A stretch of 64,000 nucleotides of DNA from an uncultured delta proteobacterium (GTDB lineage: Bacteria; Desulfobacterota; Desulfobaccia; Desulfobaccales; 0-14-0-80-60-11): the NCBI GenBank assembly GCA_963709285.1, contig CAVPVR010000002.1:1491-65490 (forward strand). The letters run 5' to 3'. The notes beneath the pieces are model-generated. The model saw only the letters and a list, made by a program, of their open reading frames with translations, did no database searches and was not told the DNA's origin. The translations under genes were made by a program, and so were the position numbers. This document shows positions 9,923 through 17,932 of this stretch, piece after piece. Positions within the stretch are counted from its first letter, which is position 1. Each line of letters begins with the position of its first letter.

Positions 9923-11861
9923 ATGAGGGTTTTCATCCGCAGCTTTCTGGTGGCGCTGGGGATGGTTGGGCTGTTGGCGCTTCCGGACCCGGCGGCCGCC
10001 ACTTACGGCGCCTCAGAGAGGATTCGGGACTTCCGCAGCTACATCGTGGTGCACCCCGACGCCACCATGACGGTCACCGAGACCATTACCGCGACTTGCG
10101 CCCGGCGGGAAATCAAACGGGGCATCATTCGGGAATTTCCCACCACCTACCGGGACAGGTTCGGCAACACTATTACGGTGGGCTTCGAAGTCAGGGAAGT
10201 GCTGCGGAACGGCAGACCGGAACCCTATCATCTAAAGGCCGCCCCGAACGGCCAAAAGATTTATATCGGCCAAAAAGAGGTTTACTTACGGCCTGGAGTT
10301 TACACGTACACCATCACCTATCATACGGACCGGCAGCTCGGTTATTTTCAGGACTTTGACGAGCTTTACTGGAATGTTACGGGCAACGGCTGGACCTTTC
10401 CCATCGACCATGCTGAAGCGGTAGTGGTGCTCCCGGAGGGGGCGCAAGTGATGCAGTCTGCCGCGTATACCGGACCCATGGGCGCCCAAGGTCAGGATTT
10501 CCGGGTCAGCCGCGACCGGGCTGGCAATATCGTGTTCACCACCACCCGGGGCCTCAACCCCCGGGAAGGCCTGACCATTGCGGTGGCCTGGCCCAAAGGC
10601 TTCGTGCGGGAACCTTCCGGCACAGAAAAAACCGCGTATTTCCTCAAGGACAACCTGAGCGCCGTCCTGGGCCTGCTCTGGCTGGTCATCGTTTTGGGCT
10701 ACTATCTGGTGGTTTGGCACCGGGTGGGCCGGGACCCGGAGGAGGGTGTCATTATCCCGCTGTTTGAGCCCCCCAAAGGCTTTTCGCCTGCGGGGACCCG
10801 GTTTCTCATGCGCCTGGGCTTTGACAACAAGGCCTTTACCGCCGCGGTGGTGGACATGGCCGTGAAGGGCTTCCTCACCATCGAAGAAAATAACGGTGAC
10901 TACACCCTGCGGAAACGAGACCACCTTACGAAGCCCCTTTCCTCCGGGGAGCGAAAACTCGCCGGCAGCTTGTTCTCCGGTCTCGGGGATGCCGTGGAAC
11001 TGAAAAACCAGAACCACGACCTCCTCGGCAAGGCCCGGGACGCCTTAAAAAGCACCCTGGACCGCGAATTGAACAAAATCTATTTTTTCAGGAATTCCCA
11101 ATACCTGATCCCCGGGGTGGGTATCACCCTGCTGGGCCTGGCCGCCATGGTCCTTACCGCCCGGGAAGCCTTTCAGGCAGGCTTCAGTATGTTGTGGCTG
11201 GCCATCTGGACCGTGGGCTGCTACTTCCTGGTGGTCAACGCCTGGAAAAAATGGCAGGCTGTCGGGGGCCCCGGCTTTCGGCAGTGGGGAAAGATCCTGG
11301 CCGCGCTGGGGGCCAGCCTCTTTGCCCTGTTTTTCCTGGCTGGCGAGGTTCTTGGGCTTTTTTTCCTGACCAGCGCCATCTCCCTGGGCGCCGCGCTCGT
11401 GCTCCTGGCGCTGATCGTCCTCAACTGCCTCTTTTTCCACCTCCTCAAGGCCCCCACCCTCCAGGGCCGCCGGGTTATGGATCAGGTGGAGGGCTTCAAG
11501 CTCTACCTTTCGGTGGCTGAAAAAGAGCGCCTGGAAATGTTCCATCCCCCGGAAAAGACGCCGGAACTTTTTGAAAAGTATCTGCCCTATGCCCTGGCCC
11601 TGGATGTGGAAAACGAGTGGAGTGAGCAGTTCGCCGAGGTGCTGGCCCGGGCCCAAGCCGAGGGCCGGGCTTATTCCCCGGTCTGGTATCACGGCAGCTC
11701 TTGGGATTCTTTCAGCCCCTCCCGCTTTGTCCAACACCCTGGGCAGCAGCTTTGCCGGGGCCATCGCCTCCGCGTCCACAGCGCCCGGGTCCTCCTCGGG
11801 GAGCGGCGGCGGAGGCTTCTCCGGCGGCGGGGGCGGCGGCGGCGGGGGCAGCGGCTGGTAG
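9923..11861 (+). pseudogene. DUF2207 domain membrane protein (usual LemA partner), with a +1 frame disruption near its Gly-rich C-terminus
   Basis: ORF 9923..11962 is DUF2207-like to about 11722. The expected tail (ALSNTLGSSFAGAIASASTAPGSSSGSGGGGFSGGGGGGGGGSGW, stop at 11859..11861) lies in the frame of ORF 11571..11861. There is an extra C in the run at 11720..11723. Confidence 0.8.
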
Positions 11862-11888
11862 GCGTTGTTATCACCAAGACCGGTAATC

Positions 11889-12984
11889 ATGCAGGCAGCG
11901 GAAGCCCCCCGGATCATCGAGCTGGCCGGCAGCCCCTGGGAGCGGGGCCGGCGGCACGGTGAGCTCCTAGCCGGGGAGATCCGGCTTATGCGCCGGGCCC
12001 TCTTGCAATATCTATCCCTTATTACCCTCTATCTGGGCGCCCTGCCCCTCCTCGCCGTTCTTCAACTTTTTACCCGCCTGTCTTTTTGGCCCCATATTCC
12101 CTCCCGACTCAAAGAAGAGCTCCAAGGGGTGGCCTCCGGGGCCCACCTGGGCCTCCCTCTGGTGCTGCTGATCAACACCCTGGACGACCTGGCCAACAAC
12201 CTGGCCTCCTGTTCCGCCCTGGCCGTAGGGGAGGGCCGCACTGCCCAGGGCCTCTTCCTGGCCGGGCGCAACCTGGACTATCCCGTTTTCGTGGACGTTC
12301 TGGTGGACCTCAAGACCCTGTTTCTCATAACCCCGGATCAGGGAGTGCCCTTGGTCTCCCTGGCTTGGCCCGGGTATGTGGGGGTGCTTACCGGCATGAA
12401 CCGAGCCGGGGTGGCCCTGGCCCAGCTCACCGCCATGTGTCGGGACACAACTCTCAAGGGTCTGCCCGCAGGGCTGCGCCACCGGCTGGCCCTGGAGCAG
12501 GAGACCACGGTCCAGGGCGTGGCCGCCCGTATCCTCGAGCCCCCGCGGACCATCGGCAACAACCTGCTCCTGTGCGGCCCCCGGGAGGCCCTGGTTCTGG
12601 AAGTTTCAGCCCACCGCCACGGCGTCCGCCGGCCGGCCGGGGGTGTCATTACGGCGACGAACCACTTCCAGAGTGACGAAATGGAGCCGGTCAAAGGGGA
12701 ATTTCGCCGACGCCCCCCTTCGCGCGGTCCTGTCCCCCTACCACTTTACCGAAGCTTACTCCCGGGACCGCAACACTCGCCTTCAGGAACTGGCGGCGAA
12801 CCGCTCTTTGGGGCCGGGGGACCTCCAGGCCATCCTGGGAGACCCCGGCATTGCCAATCCCGGCACGGTGAACAGCACGGTCTTCGCCCCGGCGGAACTC
12901 ACCCTGTGGGTGGCCCCCAAGCAGCCGCCGCCGGTAAGCCAGGGGCAATTTGCCGAAGTCAAATTGTGGGAGGCGGGACCGTGA
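11889..12984 (+). pseudogene. Peptidase C45 / acyl-CoA:6-aminopenicillanic-acid acyltransferase-like Ntn hydrolase, with a +1 frame disruption
   Basis: ORF 11865..13019 (TTG); ATG at 11889. AGSPWERGRRHGE...CSALAV...GRNLDYP...WPGYVGVLTGMN. After NHFQSDEMEPVKG the conserved sequence continues in the frame of ORF 12643..12984 (NFADAPLRAVLSPYHFTEAYSRDRNTRLQEL...). There is an extra G in gggg at 12696..12699. Confidence 0.75.
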
Positions 12985-13039
12985 CCGGGCACCCCGGTTT
13001 TCTTGACAGGTCGGGGTGATGTGATAATATTTTAGGTGC

Positions 13040-13116
13040 GGGCGATTAGCTCAGGTGGATAGAGCGTTGGTCTCCGGAACCAAAGGTCGGGCGTTCGAGT
13101 CGCCCATCGCCCGCCA
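13040..13116 (+). tRNA. tRNA-Arg (anticodon CCG)
   Basis: Hand-folded cloverleaf: acceptor GGGCGAT/ATCGCCC, D arm GCTC-AGGTGGATA-GAGC, anticodon arm TTGGT-CTCCGGA-ACCAA, T arm GGGCG-TTCGAGT-CGCCC, encoded CCA. Confidence 0.93.
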
Positions 13117-13465
13117 AGGAATTTTAGGAGGTTAGGCTGAATAGCCTGGCCTTTTTCTTTTTGATTATTTTCGTTTTCAACTGCATTTCCAACCTGGACT
13201 TGAAATAAGGGGAAATCGGGTGGGGTTGTGCGTTTATGGGAAAGGAGAATTATTCAGAAAAACTGCAATTTGCTTATTGTTCAATAAATTTGCTATCTTT
13301 ATCTATCGCCCACACCAGGTTCATAATTGCCTCTGCCCAGGTAGGCCCCGTGCCTTACTCCCACCTGTCGCCCTAGTGGGCAATTATTTGATGCAACTCT
13401 TCCCCAGTCACCGGGTCCAGGTAAGGAATTAGTCCATAGCTCCTGCAATGGTGGCGTCACCCTAC

Positions 13466-13497
13466 CCAGGGGAGGCCTCCGGGGGAGGGGGGAGGGT
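13466..13497. repeat. G-tract repeat fragment
   Basis: ccaggggaggcctccgggggaggggggagggt. Confidence 0.35.
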
Positions 13498-14166
13498 CAA
13501 TGGCGGCGTCGACGGAAAAAGGGGTACCTATAGCCGCACGAAAAATTTCTCAACTATCAGATGGCCCGTTTCGATATGCCGATCATCTCTGCAATTTTTC
13601 AAGAAGAGATGATAACTGCAAAGTTTCGCATGTGATCGCTATTTCTTCCCCCTCTCAAAGCAAGATTTCTCTGAGACTAGCGGTCAATTTCGCAGGACTG
13701 AGGAAGCATCAGCTTCTCTTTGGGCATATTAAGAAAATTTCTCCAAACTTTGAGGGAGGTCGACCGCTAACCCAGCAAATTTTCTTTTATTCGGTTTTCT
13801 GGACCAGGAATACCCCCAGGAGATAGTCAGTATTTCCCGAGGCAAATCTCAGGAAAAGGCTTGCATATTCCAAGCCATCATGTTAAAGAGTGGCAGGCTT
13901 GGGTCCCTCGTTGTAATCCCTATATTTTTTACTCCTCGTCTTTAATCTTTAGTATTTCCAAAGGACTTGTTAGGCATCACTTTGAATATTATAAATAAAA
14001 AATGCTTGAAGTTCGCACTCGTAATTACTTAATATAAGGAATTAAAAAATAATGAGGGGATATTTAGTCATTAGAAGGCCGATAATAAAGAGAAACAATT
14101 TGACAAGACTTTATATTCTAATAACTGTATAATGACTCTTATAATAACATTTCGGTTATTTAGTTG

Positions 14167-14304
14167 ATGATCGAGAATAAGCGAGAACTTCCCTTCCTAT
14201 TTTATATAATTCCTGCCGAATATTTTCACGACATCTGTAATAGTGAGAATGGGATTAAATGGATTGATCTTCGTGGTGACAATTTTGACCTCTTTCTGGA
14301 ATAA
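14167..14304 (+). CDS. Possible 45-aa small ORF immediately upstream of the lipid cluster (very uncertain)
   Basis: ATG at 14167, stop at 14302..14304, 6 nt before the next gene (MIENKRELPFLFYIIPAEYFHDICNSENGIKWIDLRGDNFDLFLE). AT-rich, no clear RBS, no recognised family. Confidence 0.2.
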   Translation: MIENKRELPFLFYIIPAEYFHDICNSENGIKWIDLRGDNFDLFLE

Positions 14305-14310
14305 AAAATT

Positions 14311-14854
14311 ATGGACAAGTCAAATATCTCAATATTCAATTTTTTAGAACTCCCTGATTACTTGACCCTGCTAGGGGGTATGCTGGGCATCCTTGGTGCA
14401 CTGGCCGCCATTAATCATCGCTTTACGTTGGCTGCCGTTCTCTTGGTGTTTACCGTGCCGTGTGACTATTTTGACGGCAAAATTGCCAGGGTCATGGGCC
14501 GGCGGCACCCAGAATATGGGGCCGCCCTCGATACTATCGTGGATACGGCCTCTTTTGTGATCTGTCCGGTAATATTCGGCTACTGCCTGGGCCTTAATTC
14601 CGTGTTCCACCTAGCCATTCTGATCCTCTTTGCCGGCGCGGCAATTCTCCGCCTAGCCGCGCTTTACCGTCCTGCCTCCCAGCCAAGAAGCCTTTACCGG
14701 CATGCCGGTGACCTATAACAATTTGATATTCCCTACAATTTACCTCATCTTAGGCTATGTGGGGCTGAAGGCCTTAGTGCCCCTCTTGTTCACTATACTT
14801 TACCTCGCCTCCGCTTATCTCATGGCTTCAACGATTCGCTGGAAAAAATTTTAG
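14311..14854 (+). pseudogene. CDP-alcohol phosphatidyltransferase (PssA/PgsA-like small form), with a +1 frame disruption
   Basis: Signature D-x2-DG-x2-AR-x8-G-x3-D-x3-D is present (DYFDGKIARVMGRRHPEYGAALDTIVD). After about 14661 the hydrophobic C-terminus continues in another frame (FTVLPPSQEAFTGMPVTYNNLIFPTIYLILGYVGLKALVPLLFTILYLASAYLMASTIRWKKF, stop 14852..14854). Confidence 0.8.
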
Positions 14855-14864
14855 GGGAGGTCCT

Positions 14865-15773
14865 GTGGGAGCCGTCAAGGTCATTGTTAATCCTCATGCC
14901 AGAAAACGGCTGAACTTTGAGTCATTCACCAAAAGATTTGACCCCCGGAACTTCAGTATTGCCGTAACCTCTCAGAGCGGTCACGCCCTTGAGCTGGCCA
15001 AGCAAGCGGTGGCTGAGGGGTTTGAGAAGGTGCTCGCGGTGGGCGGCGATGGCACGGTGAATGAGATCTTGAACGGTCTGGCCGAGTGCCAGACGTCCCT
15101 GGGGATTATTCCCGCGGGCGGCGCCAATGACTTTGCCACTCACTTGGGCATCCCGGGTGATTTCGAGAAGGCCCTCCAGGTTGCCTTACATGGCACTAAA
15201 AGAGTCGTTGATCTCATAAAGGTTCAGGATCGGTATTTCGCCACTGTGGGCGGTTTGGGGTTTGGGGCCAAAGTGGCGCTCAAGGTCAATAATCTCAAGG
15301 GCGCCTCCAAGGCGGGCCAGGCGCTGTACCGACTGTCGGGGAGTATCGTCTACAGCGCCTATGCTCTTTTCGAAATACTGTTTCGGCCAGAGTTTTGTAG
15401 TGCTTGTGCTCTGGTAATTGACGGACAAAAGCGCCACCTCAAGGTGTGGAGTCTCTTTGTAGGTAATCAGCCGCGGTTGGGAAAGAAATTTCTCATTCAT
15501 CCTGGCGCGGACAACCGCGATACCTGGCTGGATATTTGTGTAATTAACCGAATGACAAGCAAGCTTCGGCAGCTCCTGACCCTCCTGTATGCCTTCAGGG
15601 GTCGGCATACGGTGTTCCCATTCGTTGAGACCTACCGAGCCAGAACCGTGACGATTGAGTGTGACAATCCCCTGGAGTTTTTTGGCGACGGCGAGCTTCT
15701 CAACTTAAACCCTCCGCATATCATCGAACTGGTGCCGCGGGCCCTTACCGTGATGGTCCCGAACGGTTCTTAA
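14865..15773 (+). CDS. Diacylglycerol-kinase-family lipid kinase (YegS/BmrU-like)
   Basis: 302 aa, GTG start. DAGK catalytic motif (VLAVGGDGTVNEILNGL...IIPAGGANDFA). Confidence 0.85.
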   Translation: MGAVKVIVNPHARKRLNFESFTKRFDPRNFSIAVTSQSGHALELAKQAVAEGFEKVLAVGGDGTVNEILNGLAECQTSLGIIPAGGANDFATHLGIPGDFEKALQVALHGTKRVVDLIKVQDRYFATVGGLGFGAKVALKVNNLKGASKAGQALYRLSGSIVYSAYALFEILFRPEFCSACALVIDGQKRHLKVWSLFVGNQPRLGKKFLIHPGADNRDTWLDICVINRMTSKLRQLLTLLYAFRGRHTVFPFVETYRARTVTIECDNPLEFFGDGELLNLNPPHIIELVPRALTVMVPNGS

Positions 15774-15774
15774 C

Positions 15775-16674
15775 ATGAATACCCTAACCCTCTTCTTTGC
15801 CCTCATCGAAGGCTTATTCCTGCTGGGTTTCTTATTAATTGTGCGCCTCCACGTGCTGAAGAAAGGCACCGAAGAATCAAGGAAGAGGCTGTGGACGAAA
15901 TACGCCTGGTATTTGGGCATCGTCAATGTCTTTTTGCTTCTGACCTTCTGGGGGTATCCGTATTTTCAACTCTTGATGGGGGCCATCATCTTTTTAGCTC
16001 TCCGAGAGTTTTTCGGCGCACTCCGCCATAAAGGCCTGGAGGCCTATGAGTCTTTCGGAATATGCCTGGGTATGGGAGTTTTTGGCGCCTCTCTCGTCTT
16101 GACTCCTGCTGCCTTCTACTCGGTCGTTTTGCTTTTGCTGCTCCTGGTTCTCGCAGTGCCAATTGTCTCCTGCAGTCCGGAACTTGCGGTACCGAAAACC
16201 GCGGCTACCTTGTTGGCCGTGTTGTATATCAGCGTGCTGGCCAGTCATACGAGCTTCATCCAAAGTGCTGAAAACGGCCCATTCCGCATGGCCTTCCTCT
16301 ACACCTTGCTGGCCATTAACGACGGCTTTGCGGAGTTGCTGGGCCGCATGGTGGGAAGCAAGCCCCTCTGTACGGCGATAAGCCCCAACAAGACGGTGGG
16401 CGGGGCGCTGGGAGGTCTGCTCTCGGTCCTGGGCGGTTCCCTGGTGTTCAGTTTTCTGCTCCAGGGAATTCCTCTCTATCAATGTCTTTTAGCCGGAGCG
16501 CTCATCGGGCTGGCGGGTCAAACGGGGGATCTCGTGTCTTCGGCGTTCAAAAGAGACCTGGGCATAAAAGACTTCAGCAATCTCTTTCCCGGTCATGGCG
16601 GGGTGCTGGACAGGTTTGACGGTCTGATCTTCACCGCTCCAATATTTTACGGTTTTCTGAGGTTGATTTCTTAA
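15775..16674 (+). CDS. cdsA: Phosphatidate cytidylyltransferase (CDP-diglyceride synthase) family protein
   Basis: 299 aa polytopic protein. C-terminal CTP-transferase signature (SAFKRDLGIKDFSNLFPGHGGVLDRFDGLIFTAPIFY). The start is 1 nt after the upstream stop. Confidence 0.85.
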   Translation: MNTLTLFFALIEGLFLLGFLLIVRLHVLKKGTEESRKRLWTKYAWYLGIVNVFLLLTFWGYPYFQLLMGAIIFLALREFFGALRHKGLEAYESFGICLGMGVFGASLVLTPAAFYSVVLLLLLLVLAVPIVSCSPELAVPKTAATLLAVLYISVLASHTSFIQSAENGPFRMAFLYTLLAINDGFAELLGRMVGSKPLCTAISPNKTVGGALGGLLSVLGGSLVFSFLLQGIPLYQCLLAGALIGLAGQTGDLVSSAFKRDLGIKDFSNLFPGHGGVLDRFDGLIFTAPIFYGFLRLIS

Positions 16675-16690
16675 GGAGGAAATTTCCGAA

Positions 16691-17932
16691 ATGACGGCAA
16701 AAAGTATCCTTTTCCTGGGGGCCACCGGTTTCGGGGGGGGTAATCTGGCCCAGAAATTGCTTGTGCAGGGCCACCGGCTCATATGTCTCGCCAGAGCGAG
16801 CCAAAATACTTCAGGTCGCGAGCGGCTCAAAGCAGTTTTGGGTCAATTCTTTCCCAACAGCTTCCTGGAGGAATTGGAGCATACGCGCCTTGAGATCGTC
16901 GAGGGAGATATCACCAAGCCCAGATTGGGCTTAACGGAACGCATCTATGAGCGGCTTCGCCAGGAGGTTGGGGAAATCTGGCACTGCGCGGCGTTGCTCA
17001 GCTTCGACGCACGGCATCGCCCAGAGACGGAAGCGTGCAACGTCACCGGGACCTACCAGGTGCTTGAGTTCGCCAGGACCGCCCAGGTTAACCGGTTTCA
17101 CTATCTCAGTACAGCCTATGTCGCCGGGCAGCAGCAAGGCCTGATTCCAGAACAGTACCCCTGCCAGGCTCACGGCTTTAAAAATCCTTATGAACAGACG
17201 AAATGGCAGGCGGAAAAACTCGTCAGCGAATATGAGCTGGCCGGGCATGTCAAGGCGACCGTCTATCGCCCCTCCATCATTATCGGTGACACCAAGCCAG
17301 GCACGTTGTGTCCCAGCGGAGTTTACCGGGTGGCCCAACTCATTGCGGCCATTGCGGCGAAATACGGTTTGAAGGGCAATGGCAGGGAGGGCAGGGCCAG
17401 GATGAGAATTCCCGGCTCCAAAGACTGTGGTCTCAACCTCGTGCCCATTGATTTTGTGGTCAATGCCCTGAGCGCCATCGCAGAGAGGGCAGACGCCATC
17501 GGCAAGGTGTTTCACCTGGTCAATCCTTTGACCATGCCCAACGGGGAAGTGGTGGCCGCAGTCGGCGACGCCCTGGGAATAAAGCTGGAATTGGCTGAAA
17601 AGCAGGATTTTCAATTAGAACCCAAGACTGGGCCTGAACGGGCGCTGGCGAACATCATCAAGACGTATGTCCCTTATCTCCATGATAGACTGACCTTTGA
17701 TGAGAGGAACACCCGCAAGACCCTGAACGGCACGGACATTGTCTGTCCCCCCATTACCAGAGCGCGGCTGGCCAGCCTGGTGTCGTATTCCCAAAACGCC
17801 GCCGGGATGTCAGAAGTGGCTGAAACGCGGCCAGGTAAAAACCCGCCTGTTGTCAATAACGCGGTGTCTCCTGCATCACCTCCGTCATCAGGCCCTTTTT
17901 CGAGTCAGGCGCGAGGCCGGCACCATGTTTAA
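16691..17932 (+). CDS. Stand-alone thioester-reductase-type SDR (fatty acyl-CoA/ACP reductase-like, NAD_binding_4)
   Basis: 413 aa. LFLGATGFGGGNL...ICLARA...RLEIVEGDITKPRLGL...IWHCAALLSF...NVTGTYQVLEFA...YLSTAYV...YEQTKWQAEKLV...VYRPSII matches the terminal reductase-domain pattern. Confidence 0.8.
   Translation: MTAKSILFLGATGFGGGNLAQKLLVQGHRLICLARASQNTSGRERLKAVLGQFFPNSFLEELEHTRLEIVEGDITKPRLGLTERIYERLRQEVGEIWHCAALLSFDARHRPETEACNVTGTYQVLEFARTAQVNRFHYLSTAYVAGQQQGLIPEQYPCQAHGFKNPYEQTKWQAEKLVSEYELAGHVKATVYRPSIIIGDTKPGTLCPSGVYRVAQLIAAIAAKYGLKGNGREGRARMRIPGSKDCGLNLVPIDFVVNALSAIAERADAIGKVFHLVNPLTMPNGEVVAAVGDALGIKLELAEKQDFQLEPKTGPERALANIIKTYVPYLHDRLTFDERNTRKTLNGTDIVCPPITRARLASLVSYSQNAAGMSEVAETRPGKNPPVVNNAVSPASPPSSGPFSSQARGRHHV

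Noticed and set aside
11800-11858. A (GGC)n-like run that looks like a microsatellite.
   Set aside because: It encodes the Gly-rich C-terminal tail typical of DUF2207 proteins (GSGGGGFSGGGGGGGGGSGW) once the upstream frame disruption is bridged.
13500-13826. The 108-aa ORF (and the 70-aa ORF at 13220..13432) in the AT-rich gap after tRNA-Arg.
   Set aside because: There is no RBS, the amino-acid composition is odd, there is no family resemblance, and the ORFs lie in DNA that looks like decayed or non-coding sequence.
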